Source: a virus
Lineage: Duplodnaviria; Caudoviricetes
Length of the DNA: 55,089 nucleotides
Direction: 5' to 3' (one strand)
Virus record (IMG/VR): IMGVR_UViG_3300009078_000004
Location: 1-55,089 of that record
Notes under the pieces: generated by a model
What the model was told of the DNA's origin: nothing
Database searches by the model: none
What the model saw: only the letters and a program-made list of their open reading frames with translations
Made by a program: the position numbers and the translations under genes
Shown: one piece after another, positions 37,096 to 45,669 of the stretch
How the letters are laid out: each line of letters begins with the position of its first letter
Numbering within the stretch: the stretch's first letter is position 1

Positions 37096-37718
37096 CACAG
37101 CCCATCGACCTTGACTGTCCGGATCCGGAAAACTACGCCGCGGTCGCGTTGCAGTTGCAGGAGACCGCGTTGCAGGTCGAACAGCGCCTATATGAGGTTG
37201 AACGGACCCTACGTGCTGCTGCGAACCGGCCAACGATCGTCCAGACGACCACCGCGGCCCTTACCGGCCTGGCGTCTTCGCTGTCGTTCAGTGACATTCA
37301 GCCTGGTCTGGCAACAACTACGACAAACTTCAACAACATGCCTTTCGGCTGGTCGTACTCGTTTATCCCGGTGCTGCCTGGTCCCGGCGGGTACGACATC
37401 GGCTGCTGCCTTAACGCCATCGCGTCTGGTGCCGTCACCGACAACAGCCTGCGGCAAGTCCGTATCCAGCAACTACGGACGGTGCCCGGCGGTGGCTCGG
37501 TGCAGGATGTGGTGGACTCGGCCGAGGCGACAGTGTTTGAGGCGAACGTCGGCGGCGGCATGGACATAACGGTGGTGGGGACGTTCCACCTCCAACCCGG
37601 CGACGAGATCACCTTCGAGATTCGGCATCAGAACGCCGCATCGACGCTGAACATCTCATCGGGTGCGATCTACTGGACGACCTTCCTCGGGTCTGAGACT
37701 GCGGTGGTGACGTTCTGA
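37092..37718 (+). CDS. Minor tail protein
   Basis: Coiled coil plus beta head; L.PGD.I. Confidence 0.7.
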   Translation: MTQPIDLDCPDPENYAAVALQLQETALQVEQRLYEVERTLRAAANRPTIVQTTTAALTGLASSLSFSDIQPGLATTTTNFNNMPFGWSYSFIPVLPGPGGYDIGCCLNAIASGAVTDNSLRQVRIQQLRTVPGGGSVQDVVDSAEATVFEANVGGGMDITVVGTFHLQPGDEITFEIRHQNAASTLNISSGAIYWTTFLGSETAVVTF

Positions 37719-38224
37719 TGCCTGACACGACACCTATCTACGCGTTCCCTTACCCGTGCCCCGGTGATGTCGTCGACGCGACCGACTTTCAGGATCTCGC
37801 TAACGCCATTGAGGCGGAATTGGTCGAAGTCGACGCCGATTATCTTCTGGCGTTGAACCGGTTCAACGTAGACCAGCAGTCGAGTATCCAGACCATCCCT
37901 GCCGGTGTGGACACGGTCATCACGACGGGCCAATACACGATCCCTGCGGGGGGTGCCGGTATCTGGATCGCTACCGGTCACGTGTTCAACACGTCCACGC
38001 CGGCGACAACTAATGCTCTGCGTATCAGGATCCGTCAGGGAGCTGTTTCCCGGTTCGGTTTCACCGCGAACGCGGAGGGCAATGTTCCGCGTAACGCGAT
38101 GGCTGTCGGGCCGATCGTCGCCGCGGCCGGTGACGTTTTGTCCGCTACGGTGCTGTTCTCCGGTGTCGGCAACATGGACGTGTTCGTCGACTTCACTTTC
38201 AAGATGCTGTGCCGTATCGCCTAG
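37718..38224 (+). CDS. Minor tail protein
   Basis: TTPIYAFPYP..D.QDLA.AIE. Confidence 0.7.
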   Translation: MPDTTPIYAFPYPCPGDVVDATDFQDLANAIEAELVEVDADYLLALNRFNVDQQSSIQTIPAGVDTVITTGQYTIPAGGAGIWIATGHVFNTSTPATTNALRIRIRQGAVSRFGFTANAEGNVPRNAMAVGPIVAAAGDVLSATVLFSGVGNMDVFVDFTFKMLCRIA

Positions 38225-38237
38225 GAGGGCACCCGCT

Positions 38238-38942
38238 ATGCCGATCATCGACCCGGACCAGGGTGTCCCTACTCCTGCGGGTACGGACCTCGCCGACAAT
38301 CCGGCGGCGTTCACCAACTTTTACACCCCGGTCCTGTCAAGGTTGAACCTGCGCTACACCGACGAGGCGAACCGCACGTTGCTGCACCCGGCGAACGTCG
38401 ACGGCGAGGAGTCGTACCTGACGGCGACGGACCGCAAGGAGCGCAATAACGGCGTGTTGTGGCGGTCGGCGGGTGTGTCGGACTGCTACGCGTACGTCCG
38501 CCGTACGGCGGATGCGGCTGTGATCCCGTCGAATGCCGCGTTGCAGAACGATGCGGTCCTGTTCGCACCGTTGACGACTGGTTTCACGTACGTGTGGGAG
38601 TCGCTCGTCTACTACGACAGCCTCGCTACCGCGGACATCGCGTACGCGTGGACGACGCCGACGTTCGCGGCGGGGAACATGCGCTGGACCGGGACCGGCC
38701 TGGCGACTACTGCCGCGGCTGTTGAGGCCGATGTGAAGATCGCGACGCAGACCGTGTCGGGCACGTCGTTGACGTTCGGCGGTGTCGGCCTAGGGACGAT
38801 TCTCGCGGTGAAGATGGAGGGGTTCATCGTCGCGACGTCGACGGCGAACCTTCAGTTGCAGTACGCGCAGGCGGCGTCGATCGCGTCGAACACCGGCCCG
38901 TCGTACCGGGGCGGGTATCTGAAGGTGTGGAAGGTCGCATGA
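38238..38942 (+). CDS. Minor tail protein
   Basis: AGGAGG RBS; LQND..L, LQLQYAQ head motif. Confidence 0.7.
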   Translation: MPIIDPDQGVPTPAGTDLADNPAAFTNFYTPVLSRLNLRYTDEANRTLLHPANVDGEESYLTATDRKERNNGVLWRSAGVSDCYAYVRRTADAAVIPSNAALQNDAVLFAPLTTGFTYVWESLVYYDSLATADIAYAWTTPTFAAGNMRWTGTGLATTAAAVEADVKIATQTVSGTSLTFGGVGLGTILAVKMEGFIVATSTANLQLQYAQAASIASNTGPSYRGGYLKVWKVA

Positions 38943-39445
38943 CGTCGCCGCTGCCCGCGCAAATCCGGTCTGTTCCGGGCGCTCCGTCGTCGGTGCGGAT
39001 CGGGACTATCACCGGCATCAACCCGGTCGTCGTGTCGTTGCAGGGGACCGTATTAAACGATGTCGGGTTCGCGGGCTCGTATGTGCCGCTGCTCGGCGAT
39101 TCGGTGGTGCTGCTGGGTCAGTCGTCGTCGGTGTCGACTGACCCTACGTCGTGGCTGGCTATCGGCTCGTCGCATCCGACGTCGCAGTCTGCGTATCAGG
39201 CCGGCGAGGAGTTGTTCAACTTCGCCGCGGCGACGTCGGCGTTTATCGACGTGGTGTTCGCGTTGCCGTTCGCGGCCCCGCCTGCGGTGTCGGGGAACAT
39301 CAACTCGAACAGTGGTACGGCGTCGGGCTGGTTTGTGCGTTGTGCGCTGGTCACTGCGGTCGGGTTTCGGCTGTTCGTGAATGGGCCGTCGAACACGTGG
39401 ACGAACATTGCGGTGCAGTGGCAGGCGCAGCAGATGACGCAATAG
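38939..39445 (+). CDS. Minor tail protein (OB-like N-terminus, H-type-lectin-like C-terminus)
   Basis: SYVP.LGD.V..WL.IG; VVF..PF..PP.V..T..GF..W.A. Confidence 0.7.
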   Translation: MTSPLPAQIRSVPGAPSSVRIGTITGINPVVVSLQGTVLNDVGFAGSYVPLLGDSVVLLGQSSSVSTDPTSWLAIGSSHPTSQSAYQAGEELFNFAAATSAFIDVVFALPFAAPPAVSGNINSNSGTASGWFVRCALVTAVGFRLFVNGPSNTWTNIAVQWQAQQMTQ

Positions 39446-39449
39446 CCGC

Positions 39450-40205
39450 CTACGCCATGGGCACGAACCGGAGCGCGCCGAGCTGCTCGACGATCAGCCG
39501 CGCGATTTCCTCGCGGTCGGCCTGCGTCATGGTAACCGTCACGGGCGGGGCGGTCAGGATCTTCTGCGCGGCGTCGACGATGAGGTCGATACGGCTGCCT
39601 TCGGCGGGCGGGGCGACGGTCACTACGCCGGGCTTGCTGACGAGGTAGTCGCGCAGGTTCGACAGGTCGGCGTCGACGTCGTCGTGGGTGCGGTTCTTGT
39701 TGCCGGTCTCACGGATCAGCTTGTCGGTCCACTGCATGGTGTTTCCAATCTTCCAGTCGTGCGTCTGGTCGTGGTAGCGGTCGTCGATCTCGCCGTGTCC
39801 GTGCTTGTCGTGCGGGTTCTCCCCGCGGTACGGCCGCCACGTGAACGCGTCGCCCTCGCTGTGGTTGTAGTTGGAGAAGCAGCGGCGGTTGAAGATGAAG
39901 AACTTTGCGCGCATGTCGCGGCTGGCCCGGATGTTCTCCCAGAAGACGCCGATGTCGCAGCCGTTGGCGGGGTCGTGCGTGATGTCGACCGCATCTACCT
40001 GGTTGTCCGGGTTGCCGGGCGCGGTGGCGTCTTCGGAGTCCTCTGGGTTATGCGCGGAGACGCGCGCGGCGTGCGCAGGGTCGCCGATCGTGCCGTCGGA
40101 GTCCTTGCGCCGCCGTGGAGCGACCGCGTCGACCTGCGACCGTAGTTTGAGCGCTGCCTTGTCGACCACGTATTCGGCCACCGTCTGCCCCTTGATCGGT
40201 GTCAT
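39450..40205 (-). CDS. Endolysin, zinc peptidase (M15-like)
   Basis: SDGTIGD.AH..R.SAHNP, AVDITHD, IFNRR, WRPY.G.NPH..H.H. Confidence 0.8.
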   Translation of the reverse strand: MTPIKGQTVAEYVVDKAALKLRSQVDAVAPRRRKDSDGTIGDPAHAARVSAHNPEDSEDATAPGNPDNQVDAVDITHDPANGCDIGVFWENIRASRDMRAKFFIFNRRCFSNYNHSEGDAFTWRPYRGENPHDKHGHGEIDDRYHDQTHDWKIGNTMQWTDKLIRETGNKNRTHDDVDADLSNLRDYLVSKPGVVTVAPPAEGSRIDLIVDAAQKILTAPPVTVTMTQADREEIARLIVEQLGALRFVPMA

Positions 40206-40282
40206 GTACAGGTTTCCATTCTACCGCTTACCGCATGCGATGATGCGGATACCTGTTTACCTAGGTTGGGGCGTGGGTACCG

Positions 40283-40519
40283 GTGGACGGACAAGCGTTG
40301 GCTGCTGTGGTCACCGCGGCAGCGGGTTTGATCACTGCGGTTGGCGGGGCTGTCGCGGTGATGCGTCAGGCGAGGCGTGAGGAGTTGGCGAAGTGTCGGG
40401 AGCTTACGCAGGCGCAGGAACGATGGCGCGGCATCGCACTCCGCCATCTGGCGCTGCTCGAAAGGACCCTGTGGGAGGGCCGGCTGTCGGCCCCCGTCAG
40501 GCCCGACGAGCTGTATTAG
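40283..40519 (+). CDS. Holin-like single-TM protein
   Basis: N-terminal TM plus coiled coil; divergent from endolysin. Confidence 0.55.
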   Translation: MDGQALAAVVTAAAGLITAVGGAVAVMRQARREELAKCRELTQAQERWRGIALRHLALLERTLWEGRLSAPVRPDELY

Positions 40520-40617
40520 AGGCGTCCAGGCGGCGGCTGATTGCTCAGCGCGCCGCCTGGTCAGGTCTTGCTGTGTTCGTGCTGTCAGTCGCCGCTCTCT
40601 GGTTTCTGCTCCGCTGA
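40423..40617 (+). CDS. Possible overlapping membrane protein
   Basis: AGGA RBS, MARHR start, C-terminal TM; different frame from 40283-40519. Confidence 0.4.
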   Translation: MARHRTPPSGAARKDPVGGPAVGPRQARRAVLEASRRRLIAQRAAWSGLAVFVLSVAALWFLLR

Positions 40618-40833
40618 CCGGTCGGAGACGCTGATCGTGTCTCCGATGAGTGCGACGTACGGTGAGCGGGTGACGTAGTGGTCTACGCGCGGGCCGTAGA
40701 GGACGACGACGTCTCCGCTGTTGCCGATGATGGTCGCGTAGTAGCCGATGGCGTGCAGGCGGCGTACGACGCCGTTGAGGCCTTCGCCGTCGTGTGTGAC
40801 GGGGATCTGCACGAACTGGTGGTGGCCTTTCAC
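40585..40833 (-). CDS. Hypothetical protein
   Basis: GTGA overlap with upstream gene. Confidence 0.55.
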   Translation of the reverse strand: MKGHHQFVQIPVTHDGEGLNGVVRRLHAIGYYATIIGNSGDVVVLYGPRVDHYVTRSPYVALIGDTISVSDRSAEQKPESGD

Positions 40834-41318
40834 TTGACCTTCACCCACGTGCCGCAGTCGGACTTGAAGTCCTGCCCGCGCTTCAGGGTCACGGTCGGGC
40901 GTCCGCCGGTGACGATGTCGTTGTCGATGATGTTCGCCTGGTTGGTGCCGGACTTGTAGATCCCCCAGTAGCACATGGATGTCGCCGCGGTCTGGAGTTT
41001 GTACGTGCCGGCGGGGAAGTCCTCGCCGACGGTCCAGGTGCCCTCTTCGATGGTGACGGGTGCTGCCTTCGTCGGCGCGGCGGCCGACGTCTCGACAGGG
41101 GCGGTGCTGGGTGCGGGCAGGTACTCGATGACCTTGACCGGGGTCGGGGTGGTGATGACCTGCGGGTCGGTGTCGCCGCTGCCGCCGATGCCGAGGCCGC
41201 AGCAGAACGCGACGACGACCACGGCGAGCATGACGCCCGCGCCGAGCCAGACGCGCCGCTTGCGGTTCGGGGGGGTGTGGGGGATGCCGGTCGTGTTGAT
41301 CGGGGGCATGTTGGTCAT
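40830..41318 (-). CDS. Membrane-anchored surface protein / lipoprotein-like
   Basis: TM, Pro/Thr linker, GTWTVGEDFPAGTYK..CYW..IIDN..CGTW. Confidence 0.8.
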   Translation of the reverse strand: MTNMPPINTTGIPHTPPNRKRRVWLGAGVMLAVVVVAFCCGLGIGGSGDTDPQVITTPTPVKVIEYLPAPSTAPVETSAAAPTKAAPVTIEEGTWTVGEDFPAGTYKLQTAATSMCYWGIYKSGTNQANIIDNDIVTGGRPTVTLKRGQDFKSDCGTWVKVK

Positions 41319-41848
41319 GCGGGGGTCTTCTCCTTGATGATCGGCATTAGCTGGGTGTCGATGTTGCGGTGCAGGGTCGGGGCGTAGTCGGCGGACCTGC
41401 CGGCCCACCACGCGATCGAGTCTTCGTACTGCTGGCGCACGGCGATGCGTGCGGCCTGCCGGGCTTCGAGGCGGTGCCGCCACGTCTTCGGGATCCGGCC
41501 ATACGCGGCCCGGTCCATCGCACGCCAGGTGGTGCCGAGGGTGCGGGCGGCCTCCCGGAAGGTTTCGCCGGTCACCAGGTCGTACACCTTTTCGGCGCTG
41601 TCGTCGCTGAGGCTGTTCGCGATCCGCTGCCCGATGGCGGTGGTCCAGGCGCGGGGCTTGTTCCACTCGTTGGCGATCCAGCGGGCGGCGCGGACGTATG
41701 CGGGTGCGTCTTCGGTGACGCGGTGTCGTCCTACGTAGTTGGTGTGGCGGGTGATGGCGGCTACCTCGATGTTGATGCGGGCGCGGATGGGGCATGCGGC
41801 GAGCTGTTCGAGGATGCGGTCGAGGGTGATGGTTCCTACGTTGCTCAC
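41315..41848 (-). CDS. Hypothetical protein
   Basis: 4-nt overlaps at both ends. Confidence 0.65.
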   Translation of the reverse strand: MSNVGTITLDRILEQLAACPIRARINIEVAAITRHTNYVGRHRVTEDAPAYVRAARWIANEWNKPRAWTTAIGQRIANSLSDDSAEKVYDLVTGETFREAARTLGTTWRAMDRAAYGRIPKTWRHRLEARQAARIAVRQQYEDSIAWWAGRSADYAPTLHRNIDTQLMPIIKEKTPA

Positions 41849-42792
41849 AGCAGGGGCTCCTGTCCGTCGTCGGTCGTTGCGGTGATGGTTGCGTTTACGG
41901 GCTCCCACGTGGCCGCTGCGGCTTCGGCGAGGGCGCGCGCGTTGTCCGTCACGGGCAGCGGGGTTTCGGGCGTCTGCGGCGCGCTCACGGCCGTCACGAT
42001 GACGTCTGGTGCGGGAGTGTCAGGCAGCGTCGCCAAAAGGTGTTCGAGTCGCTTACGCAACACGACGTCGGTCAACTTCGCCGCGGCGGCTTCACGCCAC
42101 AACTGCTTCACGTCGTCTTTCGTCTCCGCGAACTCGCACGCCTTACGCAGCTCTACAACCTTGTCGGTCTGCGCCTGGTCCATCGCCGGGGGTGCGGACA
42201 CGGGCTCGCCGACCAGCTCGCCATCAACGATGGTGCCGTCCTCGTTCACCTCGACGCCCAACTCTTCCGGAATGTAGTGAAGGCCGAAGAGGCAGTCCTC
42301 CGCGGCGTCGCGGCACACCTCCGACAGCGCGCGCCACTTCAGCATCGCGTGGGGGTACTTCTCCCACGGCAGCGCCTTGCCCTTCGAGTCACGTGCGTAC
42401 GTCTTGCCAGCGCGCATCTCGCACAGTCCTGCGGCTACGGCCCGGTCGAGGTTCCACACGGCCTCGAAGACGAAGTCGGGGTCGTCAGCGCGGATGATCG
42501 TCGCGGTTGCGGTCATCGCCTCACGGTCGAGCTTGATGCGGACCTTGTGCCCGGCCTTGCGGATGAGCGCTGTCATCAGCGCCGGCGACGGTGACGGCTT
42601 CCCCTCGATGACGTGAATCCCGGTGATCGCGGCCATGGTCGTGATGCCGAGGGTGCGGCCCATTTCCAGCGCGAAGAGGACGTTGGCGGGCTGTTTGCGG
42701 TAGTTGCCGGGCAGTAGTCCGCTGTTGGCGAGTTCGCGGGCGTAGGCGAGTGATGCCTGTAGGGAGTTGCCGACGTGCACGAGTTCGGTCAT
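41845..42792 (-). CDS. RecT/Sak-like ssDNA annealing protein
   Basis: LLPGNYRKQPANV, IHVIEGKP, W.KYP.AML.WRA...CR. Confidence 0.8.
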   Translation of the reverse strand: MTELVHVGNSLQASLAYARELANSGLLPGNYRKQPANVLFALEMGRTLGITTMAAITGIHVIEGKPSPSPALMTALIRKAGHKVRIKLDREAMTATATIIRADDPDFVFEAVWNLDRAVAAGLCEMRAGKTYARDSKGKALPWEKYPHAMLKWRALSEVCRDAAEDCLFGLHYIPEELGVEVNEDGTIVDGELVGEPVSAPPAMDQAQTDKVVELRKACEFAETKDDVKQLWREAAAAKLTDVVLRKRLEHLLATLPDTPAPDVIVTAVSAPQTPETPLPVTDNARALAEAAAATWEPVNATITATTDDGQEPLL

Positions 42793-42810
42793 GTGCGCTG
42801 ATCTCCAACC

Positions 42811-42833
42811 GTGTGTGTGCCACTAGCATACAC
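42811..42833 (-). promoter_or_regulatory. Early-type promoter GTG-TATGCT-N-CACAC
   Basis: Reverse complement gtgtatgctagtggcacacacac. Confidence 0.7.
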
Positions 42834-42834
42834 G

Positions 42835-42870
42835 TTGGGCCGGTGGATGCAAGCACCCGACCGGCCCAAC
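42835..42870 (-). terminator. Hairpin between whiB and the recT promoter
   Basis: ttgggccggt...accggcccaa. Confidence 0.5.
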
Positions 42871-42913
42871 AGTTCCCCCAACAACGGAGGGCATCCCAAC
42901 CCCTACGCGCAGC

Positions 42914-43519
42914 CTACCGACCGGCTACGACACTCTTGCGCCGAGCACCGGGCGCAGCGCCGCCCTTCGCGACCGGGTCGATACCCAGCACCGCCCGTGC
43001 CCTGCCGACCAGGTGATGCGACACACCGAGGTACGCCGCAAACGCCTTGTCGGACACGCCGGCCCGGCAGGCCTGCTCTAGCTCGGTCGAGAACTTGCGC
43101 AGGAATGCGTCGAGCTGGGTGACGCCGGAAGCGCGGGAACGCATCTGGCACGGGGTGCAGGTGGACTGTGTTGCACGGGACGGCTCGAACGCCTCGTCGC
43201 AGATCAGGCACGGTTTGGTCGGCTTCGGCTTGCGCAGGAGTTTGCGTTCGTCCGGTGTTTTGCCGCCGAACATGCCGAACTCGTCGCCGCGTTCGAGGCT
43301 GTCTGCGAGGCAGCGCGCCTTGATCGGGCAGGCGTTGCAGATCCTGCGGACCTGCTCGTACTGCCATTCGGCGTTGTCGCCCTTCCCGACTGGGAAGAAT
43401 GCTTCCGGGTCCGAGTCGCGGCAGCGTGCGGCGGCGTAGCCGGAGGCGTCTCCGTCGTCGATGTCGGGCGTGTTGCGGGTCTGGACGGAGCGGACCCCGC
43501 CACCGATGCGCATCGTCAT
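42914..43519 (-). CDS. whiB: WhiB family transcription factor with extra Zn-finger and HTH domains
   Basis: ARC...DPEAFFP, ICNACPIKARCL, GMFGG.T..ER; CLIC..CTPC; SDKAFAAYLGVS. Confidence 0.88.
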   Translation of the reverse strand: MTMRIGGGVRSVQTRNTPDIDDGDASGYAAARCRDSDPEAFFPVGKGDNAEWQYEQVRRICNACPIKARCLADSLERGDEFGMFGGKTPDERKLLRKPKPTKPCLICDEAFEPSRATQSTCTPCQMRSRASGVTQLDAFLRKFSTELEQACRAGVSDKAFAAYLGVSHHLVGRARAVLGIDPVAKGGAAPGARRKSVVAGR

Positions 43520-43743
43520 GACGTGACCTCCTTGACGCAGCCGACGCACACGTGCGCCTGCTGCGCCTCGACAACCCGGTACATGCAGGTTCGGCCTCCG
43601 CTGACGGTGTTGCGGCAGGCGAGGAAGTAGCGGACGACGCCGCCGCGGCTCTGGTCGGTGACGATGTGCGCGGGCTCGTGTTGGACGACGGTGCGTGTCC
43701 AGTAGAGGGCGCGTTGCAGCTTCTCGTGCGCGGACAGGTTCAC
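43516..43743 (-). CDS. Cys-rich hypothetical protein
   Basis: GGAGG RBS; overlaps. Confidence 0.6.
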   Translation of the reverse strand: MNLSAHEKLQRALYWTRTVVQHEPAHIVTDQSRGGVVRYFLACRNTVSGGRTCMYRVVEAQQAHVCVGCVKEVTS

Positions 43744-43988
43744 AGCAAACCTCCGACGCCGGCCCCGACAGCGCGGAGCACAGGCTCGTTCCAGCCCGAC
43801 TCGAACCCGTACAGGCCAAACAGGTGGTGCTCCCCGACGGCGACGAATGCGGTGTCGCCCTCGCGGGTCGGGGTCTGCTGGACGCGCCGGGCGGAAGACC
43901 CGTCGGGAAGCCGGATGAGGTCGCCGCGCCGGAGCGAGTGTGCGTTGACGGGGCTGTACAGGATGCCGTCGATCACCTGCTGTGCCAT
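43740..43988 (-). CDS. Hypothetical protein
   Basis: Operon packing; LRRGDLI SH3-like motif. Confidence 0.6.
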   Translation of the reverse strand: MAQQVIDGILYSPVNAHSLRRGDLIRLPDGSSARRVQQTPTREGDTAFVAVGEHHLFGLYGFESGWNEPVLRAVGAGVGGLL

Positions 43989-44368
43989 CACTCGCCTGCC
44001 TTCCAGATGAAGGACGTACGGTTCGCGTGCGGGCGGCTCCGCTGCTGTCCCTTCGCCGTGCACGGCGTGCTGGACGTGGCCTTGCACGTTGGGCAACTTC
44101 CGTAGGTGTCCCAGTCGGTTTCCGGTGGGGTGGCCCAGTCGGCGGGGTAGGGGCTGGATGCGAAGTGATACACCCACACCTCCTCGTCGAAGCGGTCGAA
44201 GACCAGCGCCACCGGCCCCCACACGAACACGTCCAGTGCCGGATCGTGCAGTTCGGCCATGACCACGCAGCCGTCCCCGCGCGCCATGCTGACGGCGCGG
44301 GCGGTGACCCGCCACGCCTTGTCGTCGTAGCGGATGACGTAACCGGGTTCAACGTTGTGCGCCTTCAT
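43988..44368 (-). CDS. Hypothetical protein with C-terminal Zn finger
   Basis: CPTCKA....PC..PH..R; GAGGAG RBS. Confidence 0.65.
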   Translation of the reverse strand: MKAHNVEPGYVIRYDDKAWRVTARAVSMARGDGCVVMAELHDPALDVFVWGPVALVFDRFDEEVWVYHFASSPYPADWATPPETDWDTYGSCPTCKATSSTPCTAKGQQRSRPHANRTSFIWKAGE

Positions 44369-44568
44369 CGGGGCCACTCCTCGCCGTCGTCGTAGCGCTC
44401 CGTGTCGGCGCGGTGGTAGGTGCAGACGCCGTCGATGCTGCCGGGGTCGGGCGCGTCCTGGCAGAACGTGCTGTAGGAGCACGTCGGGTCCGGGTGTGCG
44501 GGGAACCGCTCGTCGATGAGTTCGCCGTATGCGACGGCGCGCTGCATGGCGTCTTCGGGGTGGGTCAT
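44365..44568 (-). CDS. Small Cys-containing protein
   Basis: GGAGG RBS after a CACAC promoter. Confidence 0.65.
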   Translation of the reverse strand: MTHPEDAMQRAVAYGELIDERFPAHPDPTCSYSTFCQDAPDPGSIDGVCTYHRADTERYDDGEEWPR

Positions 44569-44581
44569 GGTGCCTCCGTTC

Positions 44582-44604
44582 GTGTGTGTGCTACCAGGGT
44601 ACAT
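44582..44604 (-). promoter_or_regulatory. Early-type promoter TG-TACCCT-N-CACAC
   Basis: Reverse complement atgtaccctggtagcacacacac. Confidence 0.6.
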
Positions 44605-44612
44605 CGAAACTG

Positions 44613-45326
44613 TCAGGCGTCAAGGGACCACGCGGGTTTGCCCCGCGGCGGGTTGCAGACCGGGCAGCGGTGGTTGCCGGGCTGTCCGGCGATCTTCACG
44701 TAGCCCATGAAGCACGAGGCATCACCACACGGCGGCAGAGATGAAACAGGTTCGGGTTGCTGCGGCTCGGGCTCGCGCGCGTCCGTAACTTGCGCGCCGT
44801 CCGAAAGCACGTCTTCCTCTCTTAGTTCCTCTGGTGGTTCCTCTTGGTTCCTAGGGCGGACTCGGGTTGTCCGGCTACGCGGACTCGGGTTGTCCGGCTG
44901 AGGCGGACTCGGGTTGTCCGGCTGAGGCGGACTCGGGTTGTCCGCCAACTTTCGGTGCCCCTCCACCCAAGCATCGAACTTCGCCGACTTCTTCTTGTGG
45001 AAAGCAAGCGTCTGCGGCTCCCCCCACAACGTCAGCCGGTACACCTGCCGCCGACCGTTTCCAGCCCGGTTCACCAACTCGACAGCCCCCAACGCAACCA
45101 GTTCTTCTAACGCGCGCCGGGCGATCCGCTGCTTTGACGCGTCGGTACCCGTACCGGGCATGGTCGCGGCGAGAAGGTCAGGTCCACCGAAGTACAGGCA
45201 CGCCTGCGCACGCTCGTTCGTCTCGTCCAGCGCGGTGTGAGCCATACGCATCAGGACACGGAACGCTTTGTCGCCGACGTGGGGTGCCCACGTCGCGAAC
45301 ACCTTCGCAACGAGTTGGGACCCCAT
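44613..45326 (-). CDS. Replication initiator (lambda O-like winged HTH) with internal iterons
   Basis: AFRVLMRMA..D, RRALEELVALG..Y.L; internal tandem DNA repeats; C-terminal Cys motif. Confidence 0.75.
   Translation of the reverse strand: MGSQLVAKVFATWAPHVGDKAFRVLMRMAHTALDETNERAQACLYFGGPDLLAATMPGTGTDASKQRIARRALEELVALGAVELVNRAGNGRRQVYRLTLWGEPQTLAFHKKKSAKFDAWVEGHRKLADNPSPPQPDNPSPPQPDNPSPRSRTTRVRPRNQEEPPEELREEDVLSDGAQVTDAREPEPQQPEPVSSLPPCGDASCFMGYVKIAGQPGNHRCPVCNPPRGKPAWSLDA
44856..44944. repeat. Four iterons, putative replication origin
   Basis: GCGGACTCGGGTTGTCCG at 44856, 44879, 44903, 44927. Confidence 0.85.
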
Positions 45327-45433
45327 CAGCGCACCAACGGTTTGTTACTGTTGTACACAGCAGCCTCGTTCTTTTAGCAGGGAGCGGATGCGACTTTGGC
45401 CCCCACGGTTCGCGCCGTGGGGGCCGTAAATGT

Positions 45434-45646
45434 TTATGGGATACGTCGTCCCGAGGTCAAAGCGTCGTGCCAGCGGACCACCTCGGGCCACAGGAAGACC
45501 GGGGCCGCGCTGACGTGGCAGACAGGCTCGGGGAACGCGGGGTAGCGTGTGCGCCATTTGCAGACGGTGGGCCGAGAGACGTCGAAGTGGTGGGCAATCT
45601 CGCGGATCCCAACCAGTTCGGTCACGTCTACCATCGTGTGTGTCAT
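45434..45646 (-). CDS. AlpA/excisionase-like HTH regulator, probably leaderless
   Basis: LVGIREIA..FDVSR.TV..WR.R...FPEP..VF.W.EV..W. Confidence 0.8.
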   Translation of the reverse strand: MTHTMVDVTELVGIREIAHHFDVSRPTVCKWRTRYPAFPEPVCHVSAAPVFLWPEVVRWHDALTSGRRIP

Positions 45647-45669
45647 GGCAACGACGTTAGCACACGTGA

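Noticed and set aside
36526-39445. Diversity-generating retroelement or invertible tail cassette
   Set aside because: No reverse transcriptase, template/variable repeat pair or invertase recognised
44856-44944. Mini CRISPR array
   Set aside because: Spacers are only 5-6 nt and near-identical, the repeats lie inside a rep gene, and no cas genes are present
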